A DNA stretch of 64,000 nucleotides, from positions 1,024,001-1,088,000 of the forward strand of contig OZ244717.1 of the NCBI GenBank assembly GCA_965218975.1, written 5' to 3'. Below, piece by piece: positions 10,826-21,416 of this stretch. Every line of letters begins with the position of its first letter. Positions within the stretch are counted from its first letter, which is position 1. The notes beneath the pieces were generated by a model. It made no database searches and was not told where the DNA came from. It worked only from the letters and a program-made list of their open reading frames with translations. The translations under genes were made by a program, and so were the position numbers. Source of the DNA: Candidatus Oxydemutatoraceae bacterium. GTDB taxonomy: Bacteria; Pseudomonadota; Gammaproteobacteria; Poriferisulfidales; Oxydemutatoraceae.

Positions 10826-11696
10826 ATTACTCTTTAGTTTAATTACAGAGGCAAAACGAACTCATATTACACGCAAACTTTAATATAAGAGAATTTAACC
10901 ACCTTACACAAGGCTGCCTATAATATAATCGCTTTTGAGGGTTTTGTTGATAGTTGCATACAATATAGGAGCGAAGTCTGCCTGCGACAGCTCAGTGCCG
11001 ACGGGCGGAGTTCACTGAACGCCAGCCCCGACGTCCTTGTCGGGTCGTTCGCCGCTGAAAATCGATCGATTTTCCGGGCGCGTCTCACCCTGCGCGAGCG
11101 GTGTAATCGTTTTGGTAGTCGGTCATATTACTCTTTAGTTTAATTACAGAGGCAAAACGAACTCATATTACACGCAAACTTTAATATAAGAGAATTTAAC
11201 CACCTTACACAAGGCTGCCTATAATATAAACCGCTTTCAAGGGTTTTGTTGATAGTTGCATACAATATAGGAGCGAAGTCTGCCTGCGACAGCTCAGTGC
11301 CGACGGGCGGAGTTCACTGAACGCCAGCCCCGACGTCCTTGTCGGGTCGTTCGCCGCTGAAAACCGATCGGTTTTCCGGGCGCGTCTCACCCTGCGCGAG
11401 CGGTGTAATCGTTTTGGTAGTCGGTCATATTACTCTTTAGTTTAATTACAGAGGCAAAACGAACTCATACTTACACGCAAACTTTAATATAAGAGAATTT
11501 AACCACCTTACACAAGGCTGCCTATAATATAAACCGCTTTCAAGGGTTTTGTTGATAGTTGCATACAATATAGGAGCGAAGTCTGCCTGCGACAGCTCAG
11601 TGCCGACGGGCGGAGTTCAATGAGCGCCAGCCCTGACGTCCTTGTCGGGTCGTTCGCCGCTGAAAACCGTTCGGTTTCCCGGGGCGCGGCTCACCC
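10787..11696. repeat. Three tandem ~301-304 bp units (fic 5' end + upstream region + palindromic element)
   Basis: Units begin ccctgcgcgagc at 10787, 11088 and 11390; near-identical with a few SNPs/indels. Confidence 0.95.
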
Positions 11697-11736
11697 AGAA
11701 GCGCTTCAAAAATCCCATTTAGAGTTGCATCGTACA
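11697..11736 (+). mobile_element. Isolated right end of an IS481-family element
   Basis: agaagcgcttcaaaaatcccatttagagttgcatcgtaca nearly matches 33721-33760, the ACA-ending terminus of the IS481 remnant. Confidence 0.7.
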
Positions 11737-11956
11737 GACGGTATCAGCGAAGTTGGTTTAGCGGATATAATGCTCATTGAGTCCGCCCAGCATCCGCCCA
11801 GCGGCTTCAACCCCGGCGGAAAGCTCGGTTTGTTCAAGCCCAGGTGATTGGAGGCATGATGGAAGATCGGAGGGAAAGAGCGAGTGATCGCACGACCATA
11901 ATGTTGTTGTGCGAGAGCGACCCTCACGTTGAGCTCTCGCACGGAACCTCGTCGCG

Positions 11957-14900
11957 ATGAGTGAACAGCGATCAGCAGCAGCACAGAGTGACAACAACCT
12001 TACCCCCGGCGATGTGATCGCCGGTTTGGAAGCGAACGAGCTCGTCCAAGTCCAACGCGTTGCCTCGTTCGGAGACAAGACTCTAGTTGAAGGAGTTGGG
12101 CTTCAGTCCCGGCGTCTTGTGAAGCGTCCTCTAGCTCCCGACGAGTTCGCCACGCTCGAAAAGGTACGTGGGCAACAGTATTCGTTTGATGGTGACCCGC
12201 ATCTTTTCCTTCTCGGAGCGGAGGCGGAGCGTATCCGCATCGCTCACCAGTTTGACCCGCTCTTCGCGGTCAACTCCAGCATCGTTGACCCGCTTCCCCA
12301 TCAGATTGAAGCGGTTTATCGCTATCTCCTTCCTCTGCCGAGAATCCGCTTCTTGCTTGCTGACGACACGGGAGCCGGCAAAACGATCATGGCCGGACTC
12401 CTGATTAAACAGTTGCTCTTCCAAAGGGTAATTCAGAAGATCCTTATCATCACACCAGGGGGATTGACGAAGCAGTGGGCGGAGGAAGAACTCCAGGAGA
12501 AGTTCGGCCTCTACGCACGACTAGTAAACCGCGCATCCTTTGACGCAGAACCCGGCCAGTTTTCTCGTTACGAAGAGGGGATCTTCGTCACATCCATTGA
12601 TTTTCTCGCGCGGAACGAAGGATGTCTCAACGCTGTCTCCGCAACGCGGTGGGACCTTGTGGTGGTTGACGAGGCGCACAAACTCTCCGCATATGAGTAC
12701 GGCACGAAGCTGGAAGAGAGCGAACGGTATAAAGCTGTAAAAGCGCTTACCAACAAGACTGATCATCTGCTCTTCCTTACAGCGACTCCTCATCGAGGAA
12801 GAAAGGATACTTTTCGCCGCCTGCTGCTACTGCTTGACGAAGATCTCTTTCGGAAGGACGAGCATGTTGCCGACCGGGTAAGACAAGAGGCGACGACGCA
12901 TCAAGCACCCACCGAAGAGGATTTAGAGGTTGAGCGCCCGATTAGCAATGCTAGAAATCGGTTCTTTCTCCGTCGTTTGAAGGAGGAAATGGTTGATTGG
13001 GATAACCAAGCGCTGTTCAAGAACCGCCACACGAAGACCATTGGCTACGACCTTACGCCAGAAGAAAAAGCTCTCTACGACGAGGTAACAAGCTATGTCC
13101 GCTCCAAGCGCAAGGAGGCCAAGGCGAAGAAGAATCGCAACGTGGAGCTGACTCTTATGGTCATGCAACGCCGGCTGGCCAGCAGCCTCTACGCGATCAC
13201 GAAGACTTTGGAAAACCGGTTGAATGCCCTCGCGAAGGTCCTCGCGATCCTTAGAGATCCAAGCCGCTCAGAAACAGAGAAGAAGCGCCTGTTCCGGGGT
13301 GATGTTGCGTCTAGTGACCCGCGTGACATCACTGAATACGAGGACTTGACCGAAGAGGAACGGGAGCGCATTGACCGACGGATCTTTCATCAGGTCTTGA
13401 CGGATGACCCGGCAAAAGTTGAAGAGGAACGCAGCGAAGTCGAGAGGCTCTTTCGTTTCGCCGACAGCCTGAAGCACCATAAGGAAGCAAAGTTCATCGA
13501 GCTTCTCGCCGTCCTGGACTCCTCTGATATTATTCGGGCGGATGATGAAAAGCTCGTTATCTTCACAGAACACCGGGACACGCTCAACAACCTCACGACG
13601 CGTCTTGAAGAGAAAGGCTACTCGGTCGCAACGATTCACGGCGGCATGGACGTGGATTCGCGCAAGCAAGCCCAGTGCCAGTTCCGGATGAGAGCCAAGA
13701 TCATGGTGGCGACAGATGCCGCAGGCGAAGGCATCAACCTCCAGTTCTGCCGCTACCTGATCAATTGGGACATCCCGTGGAACCCCAACAGGCTGGAACA
13801 GCGGATGGGGCGTATCCATCGCTACGGTCAAGCGGACGATGTGTGGGTCTACAACCTGGTCGCCCAGAACACCCGAGAGGGGTCGGTTCTTGAGAAGTTG
13901 CTCTCGAAGATGGACATTATGCGCGAGCAGATGGGATCGGACCGGGTCTACGACGTGATTGATGATTGGCTGAAAGACGTGCCTCTGGTTCGGCTCATCG
14001 AGAGAGCTATCGACTCGGACGACGAGACGGAGAGTGCCCGGGAGACCGATGTGGCCTTGTCGTCGGCATCGAGCCAGCGGGCCGAGCGACTGATGGCCCT
14101 GCAGAAGAAGACGTCTCTGGTTTCGCGTCTCGACTTGCGGTCGGCCCGTGAACTGCGCGATGCATCGGATGAGCGCCGACTGCAGCCGTTGTTCATACAG
14201 CGGTTCTTCGAACACGCGTGGACGGCGTGTGGAGGCACCATCCGCAAAGACGATCACTTTCCGGTGTGGCACATCGGCGTCACACCAACCGCACTCCTTG
14301 AGCGCACTCGGGAACAGCGACAGGCACTGTTCGACAGAAACGAAACTCCCTTCGTGTTCGATAAGCAGCTTGTCAGCGTCGCGAGCAAGGCGCGCATTCC
14401 GGAGCGCACAAAGCTCATGGGTCCGGGGCACCCTCTGTTCGATGCGCTGATTGAATGGACCATTTCCGAGGCGCGCCAAGCTTTCGCAAAAGGGGCAATT
14501 CTCGTAGATCCCAACATTACCAAACCGCGGCGGATCTGGCTGGTCCGTTCGACCATTGACGATGGGCGTCGCCAACGGCACCAGGAAGATTGCAAAACGC
14601 CAGCCTACGAACGATTGGCTGTCGTGCTGCAGGACCATCGCGACCTCCGCGCGACTTCGTCCTCCTACCTGCTGAACTGCACGGCGCCGGAGGCTGATAT
14701 CCCGCCGCCCGAAATCGCGCCGAGGCGCGCCGAGGAGATACAGTTATGGGCCTATGAGCAGATTACCGAACAGCAGCTTGAGCACGTCAAAACCATTCGA
14801 TCCGAGGAGTGCAACCTACGTCGGCAGTACCTGAACACGGCATTTACGGACCTTATCCTCGAGCTTCAGGAAGAGCTGAATGACTTCCAACAAGCGCATC

Positions 14901-15529
14901 TATTCGGAGATGACAACACGGAGGACCGAGAGCGCCTTCAAAAGCGCATTGACGAGCTTAGAACCCGGAAGGCGGAACGACTTAAGGAGCTGGAACTTAT
15001 GCTGAAGCTGTCCGCCAACCTCCCGGATCTATTGACGGAAGCCATAGTCGCTCCGGCCCCTGTGGTGTCGCCGGAAGTTGAGGATGAATGGCCTTCAAGG
15101 GGTTTCCCGATGCACCGGGACGATGAGGTTGAGGCTATCGCCATGGACGTGGCTATGCGCTACGAGCGCAGTCGAGGCTGGGCACCAACAGATGTGAGCC
15201 GCGATGGAGAGCACTACGATATTCGGTCAGAAGGACCAAGCGGCGAAAAGCGCTTCATTGAGGTCAAGGGTCGTGCGCAGTCCGGAGACATCGTCCTCAC
15301 GAGACCCGAATTGGACAAGCTGCGCCAGCTCGGCGAGCGCGCCTGGCTCTATGTTGTCAGCTATTGCAAGGGCGAGCAGCCGCGACTGCGAATTGCGCAG
15401 GACCCGATCTCGAAGCTGACACCTGAGATGCTTTATCGCCAGGTTCAATACTTGGTCAAAGAGTCCGACTGGGTGGGACACGGCAAGGAAGTCAATCCGC
15501 CGACGGACACCGAAGTACGACGCGAGTGA
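11957..15529 (+). CDS. SNF2-family helicase with C-terminal DUF3883 (PD-(D/E)XK) nuclease
   Basis: LADDTGAGKT, DEAH, TATP, GEGINLQ, QRMGRIHR; C-terminal YDIRS...FIEVKG. Confidence 0.92.
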   Translation: MSEQRSAAAQSDNNLTPGDVIAGLEANELVQVQRVASFGDKTLVEGVGLQSRRLVKRPLAPDEFATLEKVRGQQYSFDGDPHLFLLGAEAERIRIAHQFDPLFAVNSSIVDPLPHQIEAVYRYLLPLPRIRFLLADDTGAGKTIMAGLLIKQLLFQRVIQKILIITPGGLTKQWAEEELQEKFGLYARLVNRASFDAEPGQFSRYEEGIFVTSIDFLARNEGCLNAVSATRWDLVVVDEAHKLSAYEYGTKLEESERYKAVKALTNKTDHLLFLTATPHRGRKDTFRRLLLLLDEDLFRKDEHVADRVRQEATTHQAPTEEDLEVERPISNARNRFFLRRLKEEMVDWDNQALFKNRHTKTIGYDLTPEEKALYDEVTSYVRSKRKEAKAKKNRNVELTLMVMQRRLASSLYAITKTLENRLNALAKVLAILRDPSRSETEKKRLFRGDVASSDPRDITEYEDLTEEERERIDRRIFHQVLTDDPAKVEEERSEVERLFRFADSLKHHKEAKFIELLAVLDSSDIIRADDEKLVIFTEHRDTLNNLTTRLEEKGYSVATIHGGMDVDSRKQAQCQFRMRAKIMVATDAAGEGINLQFCRYLINWDIPWNPNRLEQRMGRIHRYGQADDVWVYNLVAQNTREGSVLEKLLSKMDIMREQMGSDRVYDVIDDWLKDVPLVRLIERAIDSDDETESARETDVALSSASSQRAERLMALQKKTSLVSRLDLRSARELRDASDERRLQPLFIQRFFEHAWTACGGTIRKDDHFPVWHIGVTPTALLERTREQRQALFDRNETPFVFDKQLVSVASKARIPERTKLMGPGHPLFDALIEWTISEARQAFAKGAILVDPNITKPRRIWLVRSTIDDGRRQRHQEDCKTPAYERLAVVLQDHRDLRATSSSYLLNCTAPEADIPPPEIAPRRAEEIQLWAYEQITEQQLEHVKTIRSEECNLRRQYLNTAFTDLILELQEELNDFQQAHLFGDDNTEDRERLQKRIDELRTRKAERLKELELMLKLSANLPDLLTEAIVAPAPVVSPEVEDEWPSRGFPMHRDDEVEAIAMDVAMRYERSRGWAPTDVSRDGEHYDIRSEGPSGEKRFIEVKGRAQSGDIVLTRPELDKLRQLGERAWLYVVSYCKGEQPRLRIAQDPISKLTPEMLYRQVQYLVKESDWVGHGKEVNPPTDTEVRRE

Positions 15530-18228
15530 CTGTAACAACGGATCCCATCGTAGACACCCGACATCCTGCGGGAGCACGTTTCTACAAGTGCGCTCTTCAA
15601 GTGAACCCGCACCACTATGGTGAAACCTTCCGCGGGAAGCCGTCCGGTGGAGACACGATCAGCCACGCGCAGGCCATTGTCGACAAGGCCGTCGAACTCG
15701 GCATTGAAGTGCTTGCCGTTACAGATCACAATAGCGTCGACGGTGTCGCGGCCTTTCGATCCGCGTCGCTCAACCGTCCGGTTCACATCTTTCCAGGTTT
15801 CGAGTTGTCCTCATCCGAGGGCGTACATCTATTGTGCCTGTACCCGCCGGACACGGGCGATGACCAACTCGGTCGGTACCTTGGAGAATTTGGTATACGC
15901 GTCACAAGTCCATTCACTCAACTTGCCACCAAGACATTTGCAGAGATTCTGGAGGCTGTTCACAGTCAAGGGGGGATAGCTATCGCGGCGCATGTGACGA
16001 ACGACCGTGGTCTCTTTAGAGTTCTATCGGGTCAGCCAAGAATTCGTGCATGGCAGGATGAGAACCTTCTTGCGGTCCAGATTCCGGGTCTGATTGAGGA
16101 TCTGACCCAGGATTTGCGTCCTATCTTACAGAACCAGAATCCCCAATATCGTCGCACTCACGCCCCGGAACATGGACTCTCAATCGCCGTGGTCAATGCT
16201 AAGGATATTGTCCAACCCGAGCAACTTGACGATCGAGCTGCCACTTCCTGGATCAAGATGCACGAAGTCAGCATCGACGGACTACGGCAGGCGTTTCTTG
16301 ATCCCGGATCGCGCATTCGACTGAATTCCAAGGATGGAGAATTCGAGTCTGAAGAGCACATGGAATTGGTCTCCTTGGGTTGGGAAGGTGGATTCCTCGA
16401 TGGCGTAAGCGTACGCCTCAACCCGAACCTGAACGTACTCATTGGTGGGCGCGGCACGGGTAAGTCTACCATTGTCGAGAGTATCCGCAGTGTGCTTGGA
16501 CTCGTGCCGATCGGCGACGAGGCGCGCAAGGCGCATGACGGAATTGTTCGTCATGTGTTGCGTAGCGGCACGAAAGTCTCGCTTCGAGTCCGCGTGCAAC
16601 GCCCCGGGGTTCGCGAGTATCGCATTGAGCGGACCATTCCAAATCCGCCGTTGGTACGCGATGCTTGCGGGGAGGCGCTGCATCTCGCGCCAACGGACAT
16701 TCTTCCGAGAATTGAAGCCTACGGTCAGCACGAGATTTCAGAACTTGTAAGAAGCCCCGATAAGCTCACCCGCTTGCTTGATCGTTTTGTCGAATGTGAC
16801 GAGTCCCTCACCAACCAAAAAGCATCGCTAAGACGCAAACTTGGTAAGAGCCGCGCTGCATTGTGTAATACGCGCAAGGAGATCAAGTCAATTGAGGAAC
16901 GCCTAGCGGCGCTTCCCGGTTTGGAGGAAACACTCAAACGCTTCCGGGAGGTCGGTCTTGAAAAGCGATTACGAGAGCAGAGCCTGCTCGTACGAGAGGA
17001 ACGCGTACTTGATTCGGCTTTTCAACGTCTGGCACCCCTCCGGGAGGTACGGGATATCTTGCGTAGAGAGCTTCCGATTGATCTGGCCTTTCTGTCAAAG
17101 CGGGCACTCGCGGATCTGCCAGGGAGGGAAATTCTCTCTGGGGTGAACAAGGTCCTCACGGACCTTGGCAGAGATATCAAATGCATCGCCGACGACTTGA
17201 CTCGCGCCTTGGAGCGCTCCGATCACGACATGGGCAAGGTGCGGACCACCTGGGACGTCCGTAAACAGCAGGTTCAAACTGAGTACGAACAGATCCTTCG
17301 CGAACTACAGAAATCACGTGTAGACGGGGAAGAATTTATTCGGCTTCGCCGCCAGATCGAAAAGCTGCGTCCGTTGCAGGACCGCCTTGCGCTTCTGCGG
17401 CGGTTGGAGAAGGAGCACGCCGACCAGCGCCGCGCACTGCTTGCGGAGTGGGAAGACGTCAAGGCCGCGGAATTCCGCACTTTTGACCAGGCCGCAAGGA
17501 GGGTCAGCGAAAATCTTCGCAGCCGCGTGCAGGTGCAGGTTGCGGCGGGGGGTGATCGCGAACCGCTCTTCAAACTGCTGCGTGATGAAATCGGCGGTCG
17601 CATGAAGGAGGCGATTGAGAGTCTGCAGAAAGTACCTGATCTGTCTCTTACCCAGTTGGTCGAGGCATGCCGCTCCGGCACCCAAGCGCTGAGCGCGAAA
17701 TATGGAGTCACTCCGGGTCAGGCGGAACGTCTTGCAAACGCCGGTCCCGAAGTATACATGCGAGTCGAGGAACTGGAGCTTGCACCGACGACGGTGATCC
17801 GTCTCAACATCGCGCCGGCGGGGGAGGCGCCTGTGTGGCGACCTCTAGAAGACCTTTCAACCGGACAGAAGGCGACAGCGGTATTACTTCTTCTGCTGCT
17901 CGAGTCGGGTGCCCCGCTGATCGTGGATCAGCCCGAGGATGACCTCGATAACCGATTTATCACCGAGGGCGTCATCCCCCGGATGCGCGAGGAAAAGCAG
18001 CGGCGACAGTTCATCTTCTCAACGCACAACGCGAACATTCCGGTACTCGGCGATGCCGAACTCATTCTCGGGCTCTCGGCCGTCGGCGAGGCAGGCGACG
18101 GTCGGGCACATGTCGCGCCCGAACATGCGGGATCAATTGACTCCCGAATGGTGCGCGAACTTGTGGAGGAGATTCTCGAGGGTGGCCGGGAAGCATTCGA
18201 GACACGTCGCCGTAAGTACGGATTCTGA
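15526..18228 (+). CDS. PHP-domain + ABC/SMC-like ATPase with coiled coil (TrlF/Ppl-like)
   Basis: AVTDHN, GFE, HLL, AAH PHP motifs; GGRGTGKS Walker A, LSTGQ signature, DQPEDDLD Walker B/D-loop, STH H-loop; GTGA overlap with upstream gene. Confidence 0.87.
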   Translation: MTVTTDPIVDTRHPAGARFYKCALQVNPHHYGETFRGKPSGGDTISHAQAIVDKAVELGIEVLAVTDHNSVDGVAAFRSASLNRPVHIFPGFELSSSEGVHLLCLYPPDTGDDQLGRYLGEFGIRVTSPFTQLATKTFAEILEAVHSQGGIAIAAHVTNDRGLFRVLSGQPRIRAWQDENLLAVQIPGLIEDLTQDLRPILQNQNPQYRRTHAPEHGLSIAVVNAKDIVQPEQLDDRAATSWIKMHEVSIDGLRQAFLDPGSRIRLNSKDGEFESEEHMELVSLGWEGGFLDGVSVRLNPNLNVLIGGRGTGKSTIVESIRSVLGLVPIGDEARKAHDGIVRHVLRSGTKVSLRVRVQRPGVREYRIERTIPNPPLVRDACGEALHLAPTDILPRIEAYGQHEISELVRSPDKLTRLLDRFVECDESLTNQKASLRRKLGKSRAALCNTRKEIKSIEERLAALPGLEETLKRFREVGLEKRLREQSLLVREERVLDSAFQRLAPLREVRDILRRELPIDLAFLSKRALADLPGREILSGVNKVLTDLGRDIKCIADDLTRALERSDHDMGKVRTTWDVRKQQVQTEYEQILRELQKSRVDGEEFIRLRRQIEKLRPLQDRLALLRRLEKEHADQRRALLAEWEDVKAAEFRTFDQAARRVSENLRSRVQVQVAAGGDREPLFKLLRDEIGGRMKEAIESLQKVPDLSLTQLVEACRSGTQALSAKYGVTPGQAERLANAGPEVYMRVEELELAPTTVIRLNIAPAGEAPVWRPLEDLSTGQKATAVLLLLLLESGAPLIVDQPEDDLDNRFITEGVIPRMREEKQRRQFIFSTHNANIPVLGDAELILGLSAVGEAGDGRAHVAPEHAGSIDSRMVRELVEEILEGGREAFETRRRKYGF

Positions 18229-18231
18229 CCG

Positions 18232-19470
18232 ATGAATCGGACCGAACTACTCGAGCTCATTGCCAATGGCGAGAACTCGCGGGTGGAATTCAAGCGCGAC
18301 GACGTTCACCCGGATGCTTTTGCCAAGGCGATGTCGGCGTTGCTGAACCTAGAGGGCGGCGCGATCCTGCTCGGGGTGGCGGATGATGGGCAAATCTCCG
18401 GGCTGACCAGGGGCCGGAAGGATGCGGAAGAGTGGGTTATGAACATCACCCGTAACAACCTCCAACCGCCAACAATACCGGTATGGACTTCTATGGCGAT
18501 GGAAGATGGTAACGTGGTCGGTGTCGTTGCGTTGCCCGCCGATAGCCCCGGCAAGCCCCACAAGGCAAAACAGGGTAATGCATGGGTTACGTTCGTTCGC
18601 GTTGGGGGCAGCTCACGAGAGGCGACACGTGAGGAAGAAGGCAGGCTCTACCAGGCCGCCCGGTTGGTTCGATACGAGGTGAAGTTAGTGCCGGACACGG
18701 AATTGGGTAGCCTGGACATTGATCGAGTCGGGAACTACCTCCGTGATGTCCTAAAACGCCTAATACCAAGTCAGGCCGATGACGAGGGTTGGCGACAGCT
18801 TCTACTCAACTCGGATTTGCTCGTTGCGACCGGAGATCGTGATGGCGCGTCGGTCGCGGGACTCCTGCTCTTCGGCGAGAACCCCAACCGGCGTCTGCCG
18901 CAGGCTGGCGTGACAGCGGCGGCATTCCCGAGCGCTGAGAAAGACTACAACACGATTGATGAAGAGCGAATTCGCGGGCCGTTGGCCCCGATCGTCTCCA
19001 AACGCGGTGCCGTGGTCGAGAAAGGCGTGATAGATCGTACAGTGGACTTCGTGGAACGCAATATGGGAAGCGTCGCATGGCTCGAAGGCGCGCAGCGCCG
19101 TCGAAAAGGGGCTTTTCCGCTTGATGCGGTACGAGAAGCAGTGGTGAATGCGGTGGCGCATCGAGATTACGCGCGCGAAGGCACCGACATTGAGGTCTCG
19201 TTGTACTTGGATCGGCTCGAAGTCATTTCGCCTGGACGGCTACCGAACGGCGTCACGGTGGAGAAGATGAGAGAGGGCGTGGTTCGGGTGGCTCGCAACG
19301 AGTTGCTCAAGGAGATCCTCCGAGACTACCGCTACATTGAGCATCAGGGGATGGGTGTGCGCAATCGAATCATTGAGTCCATGCGGAGCCACAACGAAAC
19401 GGAACCGGATCTCATTGAGGAGGACGATCGGTTCGTCGTCCGACTGTGGAAGGAACGCCGACGGCCGTGA
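18232..19470 (+). CDS. AlbA_2 (Schlafen-like) + HATPase_c_4 domain protein
   Basis: GENSRVEFKR, LNLEGGAILLGVADDG; REAVVNAVAHRDY, SPG.LP, RN, GMG. Confidence 0.88.
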   Translation: MNRTELLELIANGENSRVEFKRDDVHPDAFAKAMSALLNLEGGAILLGVADDGQISGLTRGRKDAEEWVMNITRNNLQPPTIPVWTSMAMEDGNVVGVVALPADSPGKPHKAKQGNAWVTFVRVGGSSREATREEEGRLYQAARLVRYEVKLVPDTELGSLDIDRVGNYLRDVLKRLIPSQADDEGWRQLLLNSDLLVATGDRDGASVAGLLLFGENPNRRLPQAGVTAAAFPSAEKDYNTIDEERIRGPLAPIVSKRGAVVEKGVIDRTVDFVERNMGSVAWLEGAQRRRKGAFPLDAVREAVVNAVAHRDYAREGTDIEVSLYLDRLEVISPGRLPNGVTVEKMREGVVRVARNELLKEILRDYRYIEHQGMGVRNRIIESMRSHNETEPDLIEEDDRFVVRLWKERRRP

Positions 19471-21416
19471 GCGGGTACGTAGCGACAAATCGCAACGCCG
19501 GATTCAGGTGGGATGATGGCCTCGCGGGCCCTGCGCGGAACATCGCAGGGCTGGACTGCACGCCGATACGAGTACTGGCTGGTCCCGGAACGGGCAAAAC
19601 GTTTGCGCTCATGCGGCGGGCCGTGCGCCTCCTGCAAAGCGGCGCGACGGCGAACCGGATGTTGGTCTGTACCTTCACGCGAACGGCCGCGAAGGATCTT
19701 GAAGAGGAATTAGTTCGCCTCAAAGTAGATGGTGTCAATGCCGTACGTGCCGGAACCCTGCACGCTTTTTGCTTCGGTCTGTTGAAGCGAGAAGAAGTTC
19801 TCGAGGCCACTGGCCGCGTCCCGCGTCCGCTTCTAGATTTCGAGGAGCGGTTTCTGATTAAAGACCTGGACGATGATAGATTCGGTGGCGTTCGCGACCG
19901 GCGTCGCCGTCTTCGGGCATTTAATGGGGCGTGGTCACGTCTCCAATCCGAGACACCTGGCTGGCCCAATGATCCCGTCGACCAGGTCTTCCATAGTGAA
20001 CTCATAGGATGGCTTCGATTCCATGAGGCCATGCTCGTAGGAGAACTCATCCCAGAGTCGCTCCGCTATCTGCGAGAGAATCCGGCCTCCCCGCATCGCG
20101 GAGTGTTCGAGCATGTTCTCGTTGACGAGTACCAGGACCTCAACCGGGCGGAACAGGTTCTCCTGGATCTCCTTGCAGAAGCAGGAAACCTTATTGTGAT
20201 CGGCGATGAGGACCAATCCGTTTATTCGTTTAAATTCGCCTATCCGGAGGGCATCGCCACCTTTGACAGATCGCACCCGGGGACCCACGACGAGGAACTC
20301 AAGGACTGTCGACGGTGTCCCCGACGGGTAGTCGAGATGGCGAACACATTGATCGCCAACAATTCGGATAGAACCCAACGCTCCCTCATGCCGTTGTCGG
20401 AGAACCCTGATGGTGAAGTCCTTGTCCTCCAATGGCGCACAACCGAGGCCGAGGCACAAGGGATTGCCGAGATCATTCAGAGAAAAATCCACAACGGGGA
20501 AGTGGAGCCCGGGAAAGTTCTTGTGCTCGCACCGCGCCGTCAGCTCGGTTATGCAGTCCGCGACGCGCTGAATACTCTCCGTGTATACGCCCACAGTTTT
20601 TTCCACGAACAGGCGCTCGATAAAGACGATGCTCAGGAGGCATTCACCTTGCTCATCCTGCTGGCGAACCGGGAGGATCGCGTCGCGCTTCGCTGTTGGT
20701 GCGGTTTCGGAAGCACCACCCTGCGACGCGGTCCTTGGGGCCGCCTGCGCGCGCATTGTGAGGAGAGTGGTGAAATACCTCGTACGGCCTTAGAGCACCT
20801 CGCATCGGGCGATCTGAGCCTCCCCCACACGAGGCCGCTCGTCGAGCGATTCTGCGAGCTACAGGGGCGCCTTGAAGAGCTGGGGCCTATCCGAGGCCAG
20901 GCGCTTGTTGACGCGGTTTTTCCCGAAGAGAAGGATTGGGCGGGCCCTGTGCGCTCCCTGGCATCGGCCATCGAAGGAGACGACTTCGACGCGCAGGAGC
21001 TTCGAGAAATTCTCCGCATCAGAATCACCCAGCCCGAGCTGCCGACCGACGTGGACTACGTCCGCGTGATGAGCCTCCACAAATCGAAGGGACTGACGGC
21101 GGATCTAGTGGCAGTGGTCGGGTGCATTGAAGGTCTTATTCCAACCGCGGTCAACGGCGCATTAGACGATCAGACCGCATCGTTGGAGGAACAGAGACGG
21201 CTCTTCTACGTGGCCGTCACCAGAACGAGACAAGTCCTCATTCTGTCGAGCGTGACGCAGTTGCCGCGAAATCTTGCCTATAGCATGGGAGCAAAGATCC
21301 AAGGAGGAAACCCGGCCTACACCAGGACTATCACGTCGAGATTTCTGTCTGAACTTGGCCCCGCTCGACCTGCTGCCATACGAGGTTCGGATCTTCTCGA
21401 AGGAACGGTGCGGTGA
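19467..21416 (+). CDS. UvrD/Rep-family SF1 helicase
   Basis: AGPGTGKT, DEYQD, GDEDQS, SLHKSKG, EQRRLFYVAVTR; start taken at the GTGA overlap (ORF track gives 19446). Confidence 0.9.
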   Translation: MSGYVATNRNAGFRWDDGLAGPARNIAGLDCTPIRVLAGPGTGKTFALMRRAVRLLQSGATANRMLVCTFTRTAAKDLEEELVRLKVDGVNAVRAGTLHAFCFGLLKREEVLEATGRVPRPLLDFEERFLIKDLDDDRFGGVRDRRRRLRAFNGAWSRLQSETPGWPNDPVDQVFHSELIGWLRFHEAMLVGELIPESLRYLRENPASPHRGVFEHVLVDEYQDLNRAEQVLLDLLAEAGNLIVIGDEDQSVYSFKFAYPEGIATFDRSHPGTHDEELKDCRRCPRRVVEMANTLIANNSDRTQRSLMPLSENPDGEVLVLQWRTTEAEAQGIAEIIQRKIHNGEVEPGKVLVLAPRRQLGYAVRDALNTLRVYAHSFFHEQALDKDDAQEAFTLLILLANREDRVALRCWCGFGSTTLRRGPWGRLRAHCEESGEIPRTALEHLASGDLSLPHTRPLVERFCELQGRLEELGPIRGQALVDAVFPEEKDWAGPVRSLASAIEGDDFDAQELREILRIRITQPELPTDVDYVRVMSLHKSKGLTADLVAVVGCIEGLIPTAVNGALDDQTASLEEQRRLFYVAVTRTRQVLILSSVTQLPRNLAYSMGAKIQGGNPAYTRTITSRFLSELGPARPAAIRGSDLLEGTVR

